NCBI GenBank assembly: GCA_963701315.1
Contig: OY969603.1
Span: forward strand, 5,911,320-5,975,319
DNA length: 64,000 nt
Direction: 5' to 3'
From: an uncultured Acidobacteriota bacterium
GTDB taxonomy: Bacteria; Acidobacteriota; Vicinamibacteria; Vicinamibacterales; Fen-181
Shown: positions 1-9,308 of the stretch, piece by piece
Position numbering within the stretch: the stretch's first letter is position 1
Layout of the letters: every line of letters begins with the position of its first letter
The notes under the pieces: model-generated
What the model saw: the letters and a program-made list of their open reading frames with translations, nothing else
Databases searched by the model: none
Told to the model about the DNA's origin: nothing
Translations under genes and position numbers: made by a program

Positions 1-1957
1 CGCGCACGACGTGGTGCTGTTCGACTGGATCCCGCCCACCGCGCTGCAGCTGGCGAGCGGACGGATCGGCGCGCTCCACGTGCCCTGGGCGTTCCGGCTC
101 GACCCGCTCTCGGCGATGATGATCCTCATCGTCAGCGGGGTCGGCTTTCTGATCCACGTCTACTCGACCGCCTACATGCACGACGAGCCACGTGGTGGCG
201 TGGCCCGGTACTTCGCCTACCTGAACCTGTTCTGCTTCTTCATGCTCACGCTCGTGCTGGGCGCCAACTATCCGGTCATGTTCGTCGGCTGGGAGGGCGT
301 GGGCCTCTGCTCGTACCTGCTGATTGGCTACTGGTACGAGAAGAAGAGCGCATCGGACGCGGGCAAGAAGGCGTTCATCACGAACCGCGTCGGTGACTTC
401 GGCTTCCTGCTCGGCGTGTTCCTGATCTACACCACGTTCGGCTCCTTCGACTTCCGCGAGGTGGCCACCGCGGCCGCCGCGATGCCGGTCGAGGCCGCCC
501 GGTTCGGAACGCTGTCGCTCATCACCCTGCTGCTGTTCATCGGCGCCACCGGCAAGAGCGCCCAGATCCCGCTCTACGTCTGGCTGCCGGACGCCATGGA
601 GGGCCCGACACCCGTCTCGGCGCTGATCCACGCGGCGACGATGGTCACAGCGGGCGTGTACATGGTCGGACGCAACGCCGTGCTCTTCTCCCACGCGCCG
701 ATGACGATGGAGGTAGTAGCCATCGTCGGCGTGCTGACGGCCGTCATGGCGGCGTCCATCGGGCTGGTGCAGACCGACATCAAGCGGGTCCTGGCCTACT
801 CGACGGTCTCCCAGCTGGGCTACATGTTCGTCGCGATGGGTGTCGGGGCCTTTGCGGCGGGCGCCTTCCACCTGATGACGCACGCCTTCTTCAAGGCGCT
901 CCTCTTCCTCTGCAGCGGCGCCGTCATCCACGCGATGGCGGGCGAGCAGAACATGCTGAAGATGGGCGGCCTGAGGAAGCACATGCCGATCACGTTCTGG
1001 ACGATGATGATCGGCACGATTGCGATCGCCGGAATCCCGCCGCTGTCCGGCTTCTTCAGCAAGGACGAGATCCTCGGCAAGGCGTTCGAGCAGAACAAGC
1101 TCGTGTGGGCCCTCGCCGCGTTCGCCGCCCTGATGACGGCCTTCTACATGTTCCGGCTGATGTCGTTGACCTTCTTCGGCGGCTACCGGGGGACGCCGTG
1201 GGGGGCGGAGGGACACTCGGCCGGCGCGCACGACGACGACCACGGCGGGCACGGGGCCTGGCACGGTCCGCACGAGGCTCCGGCCGCCATGACCGTCGTC
1301 CTCGTGGTCCTGGCCATCGGCGCCGTCGTGGCCGGCTTTGTCGGCGTGCCGCGGGCCCTGGGCGGCAACAACGCCATCGAGGGCTTCCTCGCCCCGAGTT
1401 TCACGGCGGCCCCGGCGTCCGGTGCGGCGGCCTCCGAACCGGCACCCCTCGAATCGGCACGAACGCCGCCGGAGCACGAGGCGGCCGTGTCGACGGCCGG
1501 CGAGCTTGGCCTGATGGGCTTCTCCGTACTCATCGGCGTCATCGGGATTGCGGTGGCCTACCGGTTCTACGTCCGCAGCCCGGAGATCGCCGCGCGACTG
1601 AAGGAACGCCTGGCGGGCCCGCACCGGATCCTGACGAACAAGTACTACGTGGACGAACTCTACGGCGCCACCGTCATCCGAGGGGTGGTCGGGGGCGCCG
1701 ACGGGTTGTGGACGTTCGACCGCAACGTCGTCGACGGGGCGGTCAACGGCTCGGGCTGGCTGACGATCTTCTCGTCGTGGATCTCGGGGCTCATCGACAA
1801 GTACGTCGTGGACGGGCTGGTGAACCTCGTGGGATCGATCCTGCAGGAGTCGAGCTTCGTGTTCCGTCGGTTCCAGACGGGCCTGGTGCAGAACTACGCG
1901 CTCCTGATGCTGATCGGCGTGTTTGCGTTCGTGAGCATTTACCTCCTGGTGCGCTAG
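1..1957 (+). CDS. nuoL: NADH-quinone oxidoreductase subunit L (NuoL/ND5), 5' end cut by window edge
   Basis: ORF 11..1957; the frame stays open back to base 2. ND5-type motifs WEGVGLCSYLLIGYWY and PTPVSALIHAATMVTAGVYM are present. The usual first ~70 residues are missing, so the gene starts upstream. It is followed by nuoM and nuoN. Confidence 0.9.
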   Translation, partial: AHDVVLFDWIPPTALQLASGRIGALHVPWAFRLDPLSAMMILIVSGVGFLIHVYSTAYMHDEPRGGVARYFAYLNLFCFFMLTLVLGANYPVMFVGWEGVGLCSYLLIGYWYEKKSASDAGKKAFITNRVGDFGFLLGVFLIYTTFGSFDFREVATAAAAMPVEAARFGTLSLITLLLFIGATGKSAQIPLYVWLPDAMEGPTPVSALIHAATMVTAGVYMVGRNAVLFSHAPMTMEVVAIVGVLTAVMAASIGLVQTDIKRVLAYSTVSQLGYMFVAMGVGAFAAGAFHLMTHAFFKALLFLCSGAVIHAMAGEQNMLKMGGLRKHMPITFWTMMIGTIAIAGIPPLSGFFSKDEILGKAFEQNKLVWALAAFAALMTAFYMFRLMSLTFFGGYRGTPWGAEGHSAGAHDDDHGGHGAWHGPHEAPAAMTVVLVVLAIGAVVAGFVGVPRALGGNNAIEGFLAPSFTAAPASGAAASEPAPLESARTPPEHEAAVSTAGELGLMGFSVLIGVIGIAVAYRFYVRSPEIAARLKERLAGPHRILTNKYYVDELYGATVIRGVVGGADGLWTFDRNVVDGAVNGSGWLTIFSSWISGLIDKYVVDGLVNLVGSILQESSFVFRRFQTGLVQNYALLMLIGVFAFVSIYLLVR

Positions 1958-2012
1958 CCAGGGTCGAGGCTGGGCGCCGGCCCGTCCAGCCGGTTGCAGT
2001 GAAGAAACCGCT

Positions 2013-3719
2013 ATGAATCATCTGCTGTCGCTGATCCTGTTCACGCCGCTGGTCGGCGCCGCCGTGCTCATGTTCGTGAACAAGCGCAGCGAGAACGCCA
2101 TCCGCTGGATTGCGAACCTGTTCGCGCTGGCCGGCCTCCTCGTCTCGCTGCCGCTCTGGTTCTCCTTCGACTTCCACGCCTCGGCCTACCAGTTCCAGGA
2201 GCGGGCGGCGTGGATTCCGTCCATCGGGGCGGAGTACCACCTGGGCGTGGACGGCTTCTCGTCGCTGCTGATCCTGCTGACGACGCTGATGGGCGTGATC
2301 GCGATCCTCTCGTCGTGGACCGCCATCAAGGAGCGGGTGAAGGAGTACTACATCTTCCTGCTGCTCCTCCAGACCGGGATGATCGGCGCCTTCGTCGCGC
2401 TCGATTTCCTGCTGTTCTTCCTGTTCTGGGAGGTCATGCTCGTCCCGATGTACTTCCTGATCGGCGTGTGGGGCAGCGACCGGCGACTCTACTCGGCCAT
2501 CAAGTTCTTCCTCTACACGCTGGCCGGCAGCGTCGTGATGTTGCTCGGGATCCTGGCCCTGTACTTCAACTACACGGACCCGGTGACCGGCCAACACACG
2601 TTTGACATCGTCCAGTTCCAGCACTACGGCTTCGACAAGACCCTCCAGTGGTGGGTGTTCCTGGCGTTCTTCCTCGGGTTCTCGATCAAGGTGCCGATGT
2701 TTCCGTTCCACACCTGGCTGCCCGATGCCCACACCGACGCCCCGACGGCGGGCTCGGTGATCCTGGCCGCCATCCTCCTGAAGATGGGGACATACGGGTT
2801 CATCCGCTTCAGCCTGCCGATCCTCCCCGACGCGACCCGCAGCCTGGTGTGGTTCATCGCCCTGCTGTCGATCATCGGGATCGTGTACGGCGCCCTGGTC
2901 GCGATGGCTCAGCGCGACTGGAAGCGCCTGGTCGCCTACTCGTCGGTCAGCCACATGGGGCTCGTGATGCTGGGCATGTTCGCGCTCAACCCGGTGGGCA
3001 TCAAGGGCAGTATCATCCAACAGCTGAACCACGGGATCTCGACCGGCGCGCTCTTCCTCATCGTCGGCATTGTTTACGAGCGGCGTCACACGCGGCTGAT
3101 TTCCGAGTACGGCGGGCTGTCGAAGGTCATGCCGGTCTACGCGGCGATCTTTGGCGTGATGATGCTCTCGTCGATCGGGTTGCCGGCGCTCAACGGCTTC
3201 ATCGGCGAGTTCCTGATCCTCCAGGGCATCTTCACGGTCAACAAGATGTGGGCGGCGGTCGCGGCAACCGGAATCGTGCTGGGCGCGGCCTACATGCTGT
3301 GGCTGTACCAGCGGACCATGTTCGGCAAGGTCGAGAATCCGAAGAACGAACAGCTCCCGGATCTCTCCCTGCGCGAAGTCTGCACGTTCGTGCCCCTGCT
3401 CATCCTCGCGGTGTGGATCGGCATCTACCCGACGCCGTTCCTGGATCGCCTCAGCACGTCGGTGGGCCAGGTCGTCGCGCGGGTCAACCCCCAGTACGCG
3501 GGGGGCCAGACGGCCCGGGGCTGCGGCCAGACGCCCGCCCCGTCGAAGTGGCAGGTGGCGCCGTGCACGGCCGACGAAGCGGCGCCGGCGGCCCATTCGC
3601 CGGATCCAGGCCGGGCCGCGCCGACCCGGGCGACCGACGCCGCTTCACCAACGGGGGCCAGGGGCCCCGAACCCCCCGCGCCGACGGGGACGCCGGCCAA
3701 GACGGCGGGAGGGCAGTGA
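2013..3719 (+). CDS. nuoM: NADH-quinone oxidoreductase subunit M (NuoM/ND4) with Pro/Ala/Thr-rich C-terminal tail
   Basis: 568-aa ORF 55 nt after nuoL. ND4-type motifs FFLFWEVMLVPMYFLIGVWG and KVPMFPFHTWLPDAHTDAPTAGSVILA are present. The last ~75 residues are low-complexity but keep high third-position GC. Confidence 0.9.
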   Translation: MNHLLSLILFTPLVGAAVLMFVNKRSENAIRWIANLFALAGLLVSLPLWFSFDFHASAYQFQERAAWIPSIGAEYHLGVDGFSSLLILLTTLMGVIAILSSWTAIKERVKEYYIFLLLLQTGMIGAFVALDFLLFFLFWEVMLVPMYFLIGVWGSDRRLYSAIKFFLYTLAGSVVMLLGILALYFNYTDPVTGQHTFDIVQFQHYGFDKTLQWWVFLAFFLGFSIKVPMFPFHTWLPDAHTDAPTAGSVILAAILLKMGTYGFIRFSLPILPDATRSLVWFIALLSIIGIVYGALVAMAQRDWKRLVAYSSVSHMGLVMLGMFALNPVGIKGSIIQQLNHGISTGALFLIVGIVYERRHTRLISEYGGLSKVMPVYAAIFGVMMLSSIGLPALNGFIGEFLILQGIFTVNKMWAAVAATGIVLGAAYMLWLYQRTMFGKVENPKNEQLPDLSLREVCTFVPLLILAVWIGIYPTPFLDRLSTSVGQVVARVNPQYAGGQTARGCGQTPAPSKWQVAPCTADEAAPAAHSPDPGRAAPTRATDAASPTGARGPEPPAPTGTPAKTAGGQ

Positions 3720-5206
3720 TGGCGGCACTCGGCTTCTCGCCTAGCGACTTCAGCGCGCTGCTGCCGGAGCTGGTCCTCACGCTCGTGGCGCTCGTCGTGC
3801 TGATGGCCGACGCCTTCATTCCGCGCGCCCGGCACGCCGTGATCGCGTGGATCACGCTGGCCGGCCTGGTGGCGACCGCCGCCGTGCTCGCGCCCCTGGC
3901 GATGGCGCCCGCGACCACGGCGGCCCGCGGGCTGATGGCGATCGACGGCTTCGGCGCGTTCTTCAAGTTCCTCTTTCTGCTGGCTGCGGCGCTGACGGTC
4001 TTGATGTCGCCGCAGTACCTGCAGGTGGAGGGCGTGCGCCCGGGCACCTACTACTTCCTGCTGATTTGCGCGACGCTCGGCATGATGTTCATGGCGAGCG
4101 GCATCGACCTGGTGACGATCTTCATCGGCCTCGAGACGATGGCCATCTCGTTCTACATCCTGGTCGGCTTCAACAAGCCGAACCGGCGATCGAACGAGGC
4201 CGCCGTGAAGTACTTCCTGCTCGGGACCTTCTCGCTCGGCCTGCTGCTCTACGGCATGTCGATCCTCTACGGGCTCACCGGCTCGACGAGCCTCCGGACG
4301 ATCGCCACCGCGCTTGCGGGCCTGCAGCACGACAAGTGGCTCGGCCTCGGGGTCATCCTGGTGGTGGCCGGCGTCGGGTTCAAGATCGCGGCCGTGCCGT
4401 TCCACATGTGGGCGCCCGACGTCTACGAGGGCGCGCCCACGCCGATCACCGCGTTCCTCTCGGTGGGGTCCAAGGCGGCGTCCTTCGCCATGCTGCTCCG
4501 GATCTTCTTCGAGGGCCTGCCGGCGTCGAACGCCGACTGGGGGTTGTTGTTCGCTGCGCTGGCGATCCTGACGATGACCGTCGGCAACATCGCGGCGCTG
4601 ACGCAGAGCAACATCAAGCGGATGCTGGCGTACTCGTCGATCGCGCACGCCGGCTACCTGCTGATCGGCGTCGTGGCGGCCACCGCCGTTCCCGCCATTG
4701 GCATCAAGGCGACGCTCATCTACCTCGTGGTCTACGCGTTCATGCAGACCGGCGCCTTTGCCATCGTCACGCTCCTCCGGAGGCACGACGTGATCGGCGA
4801 GGAGTTGAAGGACATCAGCGGCCTGATCGCGCGCAGCCCCGCGGCAGCCATCGCGATGCTGGTGTTCATGCTGTCGCTCGGCGGGATCCCCCCCACGGCC
4901 GGCTTCATGGGGAAGTTCTGGCTGTTCAGCGCGGCCATCGACGGCGGCTACTACTGGCTGGCCGTGATCGGCGTGCTCAACAGCGCGGTGTCGCTCTACT
5001 ACTACCTGCGGGTGGTCGTGTTCATGTGGTTCAAGGGCGAGCCGTCGGGATCGGACCTCGTGCTCTCGCCCGCGATGGCGGTCCTGCTGGTGGTCACCCT
5101 GGCGGGGACGCTGGCGATCGGGATCTACCCGCGCCCGCTGTTTGACCTGGCGGACTACTCCGCCAAGACGCTCGGGGTCACGGGGTTGACCGCGGCGCTG
5201 CACTAG
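3719..5206 (+). CDS. nuoN: NADH-quinone oxidoreductase subunit N (NuoN/ND2)
   Basis: In-frame ATG at 3719 inside ORF 2648..5206, overlapping the nuoM stop (ATGA). From MAALGFSPSDFSALLPEL onward the product is ND2-like (FKIAAVPFHMWAPDVYEGAPTPITAFLSVGSK). The translation upstream of 3719 in this frame is Arg/Pro/Gly-rich junk. Confidence 0.9.
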   Translation: MAALGFSPSDFSALLPELVLTLVALVVLMADAFIPRARHAVIAWITLAGLVATAAVLAPLAMAPATTAARGLMAIDGFGAFFKFLFLLAAALTVLMSPQYLQVEGVRPGTYYFLLICATLGMMFMASGIDLVTIFIGLETMAISFYILVGFNKPNRRSNEAAVKYFLLGTFSLGLLLYGMSILYGLTGSTSLRTIATALAGLQHDKWLGLGVILVVAGVGFKIAAVPFHMWAPDVYEGAPTPITAFLSVGSKAASFAMLLRIFFEGLPASNADWGLLFAALAILTMTVGNIAALTQSNIKRMLAYSSIAHAGYLLIGVVAATAVPAIGIKATLIYLVVYAFMQTGAFAIVTLLRRHDVIGEELKDISGLIARSPAAAIAMLVFMLSLGGIPPTAGFMGKFWLFSAAIDGGYYWLAVIGVLNSAVSLYYYLRVVVFMWFKGEPSGSDLVLSPAMAVLLVVTLAGTLAIGIYPRPLFDLADYSAKTLGVTGLTAALH

Positions 5207-5273
5207 ACTGGCCCTTCAGGCAGGGGCGGAGGGCCGGACGGCCCCGGCCGCCCCGTGGACGGCCCGGTCCGCT

Positions 5274-5510
5274 ATGACATCCCCCCGTCGCCAGTCGGCT
5301 CCGTCGATGGGTTCCCTCGGCGCGCTGAGCGCCGTGGGGATCGCCTTCGTCTTGGCAGTGGTGTTCGGCTTCTTCATCGGGTACCTCCTCGACCGCTGGC
5401 TGGGCACCTCCCCACTGTTCATCATCATCTTCTTCTTCGCGGGCGTGGCAGCCGGCATCGTCAACGTCATCCGTACCGCGGCCGCCGTCAGCCGGGAAGA
5501 CAAGCAGTGA
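5274..5510 (+). CDS. AtpZ/AtpI-family small membrane protein (putative F0F1-ATPase accessory subunit)
   Basis: 78-aa ORF with two hydrophobic helices (LGALSAVGIAFVLAVVFGFFIGYLL and LFIIIFFFAGVAAGIVNVI). It sits directly upstream of the atpI-like gene and atpB, the usual place for this family. Confidence 0.6.
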   Translation: MTSPRRQSAPSMGSLGALSAVGIAFVLAVVFGFFIGYLLDRWLGTSPLFIIIFFFAGVAAGIVNVIRTAAAVSREDKQ

Positions 5511-6016
5511 AGTGGCCCGCGCGCGATCCCGATCCTGCCCTCCGGCAATTCGAGCGGGACGCGGCCATCTCGTGCGCGGCGATGGCGGGCGCGGCGGCGA
5601 TCGTCGGGAAGGGCCGGCCGGAATTGTGGGCCGGGGTGGTCGCGGGCGGGCTGCTCATGGCTCTGTCCTACTACGCCATCAAGGGTGGGGTGAGCCTGCT
5701 CGCCGGCGTCGTCTCTGGGCACGCCGCCGCCCGGTCGGGGGCGGTCGACGGAGAGGCGCGGACCGAGTCCGACCCTCGGGCGCCGGGGGGCGGAGGCGGC
5801 GTGGCGCCGCCGTTCTGGACGCGGTCCCGCCGCGTGGCGCTGGCGGTGAAGTTCTTCACAAGGTATGCTTTACTGGCTGTCGGGGCGTACGTTATGCTGA
5901 CGTGTTTCCGCCTCCACCCGGTCGGCCTGCTGGCCGGGGCGACGTCGCCCTTCGTGGCGGCACTCGCGCAGGTGGTGCGCATGTCCCGGGCGGCCGCCCG
6001 TCGGGAACACCCGTAA
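5507..6016 (+). CDS. atpI: ATP synthase protein I-like membrane protein
   Basis: GTG at 5507 overlaps the preceding stop (GTGA) and is in frame with ORF 5255..6016. The product is hydrophobic and lies immediately before atpB. The call rests on position and TM pattern only. Confidence 0.45.
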   Translation: MKWPARDPDPALRQFERDAAISCAAMAGAAAIVGKGRPELWAGVVAGGLLMALSYYAIKGGVSLLAGVVSGHAAARSGAVDGEARTESDPRAPGGGGGVAPPFWTRSRRVALAVKFFTRYALLAVGAYVMLTCFRLHPVGLLAGATSPFVAALAQVVRMSRAAARREHP

Positions 6017-6020
6017 CATC

Positions 6021-6836
6021 ATGGAGAAACTCGAGCATCCGCTCTGGATCGTGCAGCTGGTGAACGCCCTGTTCGGCCCCGCCGTCGCGGCCGCGCTCCG
6101 CCCGTTGGGGATCGTGTTCGAGCCGGGGCACGACGTGATCCCGGATTTCCTCGTGATGTCGCTGCTGGTGCTCCTGGCGGTCTCGGTCCTCTGCCTCGTG
6201 ATCCGCAGCCGGCTGAGCGTCGAGAATCCGGGCAAGCTGCAGATCCTGCTCGAGGACGCCGTGGGCTTCCTTTACGGGATGGTGGACGACTACATCGGGC
6301 CCAAGGGTCGCAACTACGTGACCTTGGTCGGGACGATCTTCGTCTTCATCCTGCTGGGCAACCTGATGGGTCTCGTGCCGGGGCTGAAGTCGCCCACCAG
6401 CAACTTCAACGTCACGCTGGGATGCGCCCTGACGGTGTTCGTCTACTACCAGTTCCACGGGTTCAAGGAGCAGGGCATCCTCGGGTACATGAAGCACTTC
6501 CTGGTGCCCCCGGGGGCTCCCCTCTGGATCTTTCCCATCTATCTGCCGATCGAGATCATCAGCCACCTGTCGCGAATCCTGTCGCTATCGGTCCGGCTGT
6601 TCGGGAACATCTTTGGCGAGGACCTGGTCATCCTGATCCTCTTCAGCATCGTGCCGTTCCTGGTGCCCCTGCCCATGATGTTCCTGGGCCTGATCACGGC
6701 GGCGCTGCAGGCGTACATCTTCGCGATGTTGACGACGATCTACCTCGCGGGCGCGGTGGTGGTGGACCATGGCCCCGACGGCCACGGCGACGAACACGCC
6801 GCGGACCACGGGGTCGCGGAGCACGCAGCGGCCTGA
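6021..6836 (+). CDS. atpB: F0F1 ATP synthase subunit a
   Basis: 271-aa polytopic ORF with the conserved Arg-containing helix LSLSVRLFGNIFGEDLV. It lies between the atpI-like gene and atpE. Confidence 0.9.
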   Translation: MEKLEHPLWIVQLVNALFGPAVAAALRPLGIVFEPGHDVIPDFLVMSLLVLLAVSVLCLVIRSRLSVENPGKLQILLEDAVGFLYGMVDDYIGPKGRNYVTLVGTIFVFILLGNLMGLVPGLKSPTSNFNVTLGCALTVFVYYQFHGFKEQGILGYMKHFLVPPGAPLWIFPIYLPIEIISHLSRILSLSVRLFGNIFGEDLVILILFSIVPFLVPLPMMFLGLITAALQAYIFAMLTTIYLAGAVVVDHGPDGHGDEHAADHGVAEHAAA

Positions 6837-6940
6837 CGTCGGGCCGTCGCAGGGAGTTGGCGGGCGGGGAGAGTGTCCCGCCGGATGGGCTTGGTGGCGC
6901 AAGGCCGCGGCCTTGCTGAATCTCGGAGGAGGCGTCTATC

Positions 6941-7279
6941 GTGCGCAAATCGCTGGTCCTGTCATTGACGGTGTTGTTCGTGGCCGCGGGGATGGTCGCG
7001 CCGTTGTTCGCGCAGGGGCAATCCGCTGCCGGCGGCAGCGAGGTGGCCAAGTGGTCGATCATCACGGCGGGCTTCGCGCTGGCCATCGCCGCCGCGTTCG
7101 GGGCGCTCGGCCAGTCGAGGGGCCTCAGCTCGGCCGCCGAGGCGATCGCGCGGAACCCCAGCGCCACGGGCGACATCCGGTTCGCCCTGATCCTGGGCCT
7201 CGTGCTGATCGAGTCGCTCGTGATCTACGTGCTGCTCGTCGCCCTGATCCTCTTCTTCGTCAAGCCGTTCCCTGCCTGA
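6941..7279 (+). CDS. atpE: F0F1 ATP synthase subunit c with N-terminal signal-peptide-like extension
   Basis: Hairpin core AGFALAIAAAFGALGQS...ARNP...ILGLVLIESLVIYVLLVAL, with the R-N-P loop and carboxylate Glu. The GTG start at 6941 is preceded by GGAGGAGG (6925-6932) at 8 nt spacing. This supports translation of the ~35-aa extension MRKSLVLSLTVLFVAAGMVAPLFAQG. Confidence 0.9.
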   Translation: MRKSLVLSLTVLFVAAGMVAPLFAQGQSAAGGSEVAKWSIITAGFALAIAAAFGALGQSRGLSSAAEAIARNPSATGDIRFALILGLVLIESLVIYVLLVALILFFVKPFPA

Positions 7280-7319
7280 CGCCCGGCGGGGCGCGTGCGA
7301 GGTAGGGGCACGAGCCCAT

Positions 7320-8273
7320 GTGCCCCTGCCGCTGAACTCGGCCGTGCGGCTCGACGTTCTCGTGTTGCTGTGCTCGGTCGTCTGGGGGTGCAACTACGCC
7401 ATCGTCAAGGTTGCCCTCCGGGAGTTCCCCGATCTCGGCTTCAACGCCCTCCGCCTCTCGCTGGCGTCGCTGCTCTTCCTCGGCGCCCTCGCCTTCTGGC
7501 AGGAATCGGCCCTGCCGGGCCCTCGGCGCCTCCGCCTCTTTGCCTCCGCGCGCCGTATCTCCGCCCGGGACTGGTGGCTGCTGCTCGGGCTGGGAGCGGC
7601 GGGCCACTGCCTGTACCAGATCTGCTTCATCACCGGGATCGCGCGGACCAGCGTGGCCAACAGCTCGCTGCTCATCGGCTGCTCTCCGATCGCGGTCACC
7701 GCGCTGACGCTCGCCGTCGGCCACGAGCGCGTGTCGTGGCGCTACTGGCCGGGCGCTGCGCTGTCGCTTCTCGGGGTCTACCTCGTGGTGGGGGCCGGGG
7801 CGGCGCTCTCCGACGCGTCGCTGACCGGAGACCTGCTGACGGTGGGCGCGGTGCTCTGGTGGGCCGTGTACGCTGTCGGGTCGCGTACGGCCATGCAGCG
7901 ATACTCGCCGCTCGTCGTGACGGGGTACTCGATGATCTTGGGAACGCTGCTCTACCTGCCGGTCGGGTTGCCTTCGCTTCGCCACTTCGACTGGACCGGC
8001 GTCTCGCTCTCCGCGTGGGCGGGGCTCGTGTTTTCGGCCGTGTTTGCGCTGTTCCTCGCGTACCTGATCTGGTACACCTCCATCCAGCGCGTGGGCAACG
8101 TCCGCACCGCCATGTACAGCAACCTGAACCCGATCGTGGCGCTCATCACCGCTGTCGTCTTCCTCGGGGACCGCCTGGGCGTGCGGGAAGTGGCGGGAGC
8201 GGCCCTGATCCTCGCCGGCGTGGCTCTGGCGCGCACGGCAGCGGGCGATATGAACCGCCAGGGTGCCCGGTAG
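7320..8273 (+). CDS. EamA/DMT-family transporter
   Basis: 317 aa with about ten TM segments in two similar halves. The N-terminal LLCSVVWGCNYAIVKVAL stretch is typical of EamA domains. Confidence 0.8.
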   Translation: MPLPLNSAVRLDVLVLLCSVVWGCNYAIVKVALREFPDLGFNALRLSLASLLFLGALAFWQESALPGPRRLRLFASARRISARDWWLLLGLGAAGHCLYQICFITGIARTSVANSSLLIGCSPIAVTALTLAVGHERVSWRYWPGAALSLLGVYLVVGAGAALSDASLTGDLLTVGAVLWWAVYAVGSRTAMQRYSPLVVTGYSMILGTLLYLPVGLPSLRHFDWTGVSLSAWAGLVFSAVFALFLAYLIWYTSIQRVGNVRTAMYSNLNPIVALITAVVFLGDRLGVREVAGAALILAGVALARTAAGDMNRQGAR

Positions 8274-8761
8274 CACGCGCCACGATCCAGCGTTTGGCTT
8301 CGACCGTCCCGCCGCCGGCCGTGTCGGGTCTATCGGTGGGTCGCAGGGCCAGGTAGCGCGAACTCGCTCAGGGGATCAACAAACGCCTGGAGCACCTGAC
8401 CGGATCGCCGTCGGCCGCAGGCAACAGCTCGACCAGCAGCGGCTTCACCCTGCTCGAGTGCTAGGCGACCTGGCGCCGTAGGGTCCAGGCCACTCGCGTA
8501 ACCCGCCGACAGCAGCCGTCGTCCACTGAGTGACCGGACTTTCCAACCAGGCTGGCTCTCCCGCAAGACACCCGCTCACCGTCCTGCCGCTGGCCTCAGC
8601 CCGCCGAGTGTCCAACAAGGGTGCGTGGGCGCCTGAGCGGACGGTAGACGATGGAGCTGGAGTTGCACGGGCCAAGCTCATGTGTAATAATCGGCCGCTT
8701 TTCATTCGTGACTTGTCAGGCCCGAGGCGACCGAAACGCGTTGAAAACGCGGAGGCCAACC

Positions 8762-9241
8762 ATGAAGGACACGAACGGATCGCGCATCGTTTCTCGCCGG
8801 CGTCTCCTCCAGGGGCTTACCCTTGCCGGCGGCGCCGTCGCGGCCACCGCCCTGCCGAAGCGGTGGACGCGCCCCATGGTCGAGCAGGTGGAAGTACCGC
8901 TTCACGCGCAGGGATCCGTGCGCGCGTTGGCGTTCAGCGACCCACTTCAGGGGGCCAGCGTATACAGCTGCCGGGGCATCATCCCGTTCACCGTCACCAC
9001 GACGCCGCCCGTATCGGGTCTGTCGGTCGCGGTGGTGGGCAGCGGCGCAGTGGCGGCGGGGACGGCTTTCTCGGGTCCCAACCTAGTCACGGGTTCCACA
9101 GACGGTTCGGGCACCTTCTCCGGCTATTGCAGACCTACCGGTGTCTGGGATCCGACTACTCCGTGCCACCTCACCGTCTCGACGCCGGCCGCAGGCTACA
9201 GCCAGTCCACGGTCGATTTCACCCTGGCCCTTTGCTCGTAG
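8762..9241 (+). CDS. hypothetical exported protein with twin-arginine signal
   Basis: ATG at 8762 inside ORF 8651..9241. Tat-type signal SRRRLLQGLTLAGGAVAATALP. The remainder is Thr/Val/Gly-rich and beta-like (FTVTTTPPVSGLSVAVVGSG) with three Cys. No family recognised. Confidence 0.5.
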   Translation: MKDTNGSRIVSRRRLLQGLTLAGGAVAATALPKRWTRPMVEQVEVPLHAQGSVRALAFSDPLQGASVYSCRGIIPFTVTTTPPVSGLSVAVVGSGAVAAGTAFSGPNLVTGSTDGSGTFSGYCRPTGVWDPTTPCHLTVSTPAAGYSQSTVDFTLALCS

Positions 9242-9308
9242 GCCTCAGCCCGGTCTGCCCCTGAGGGTGTTTGCGTGAGGTCGAGCGCCCCGATTGCCCG
9301 AACGGCTT

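Noticed and set aside
3490-3719. The ~75-aa Pro/Ala/Thr-rich C-terminal tail of NuoM, suspected to be a frameshift artefact or an unannotated spacer.
   Set aside because: Third-position GC in the nuoM frame stays very high through the tail. No GATC-, GTAC- or CCWGG-type indel signature that changes the frame was found. The stop overlaps the nuoN start in the normal ATGA arrangement. It is most simply a genuine low-complexity extension.
1791-5203. Long antisense ORFs (1791..3596 minus, 601 aa; 3425..5203 minus, 592 aa) and overlapping same-strand alternative-frame ORFs across nuoL/M/N.
   Set aside because: Their translations are Arg/Pro/Gly/Asp-rich with no recognisable motifs, and they lie opposite or out of frame to clearly conserved nuo genes. 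Such open frames are expected in very GC-rich DNA.
8274-8761. 488-bp non-coding stretch after the EamA gene, inspected for tRNA, riboswitch or gene-remnant signals.
   Set aside because: No cloverleaf-compatible sequence, conserved motif or coding-like frame was recognised by eye. Only a covariance-model scan could decide.
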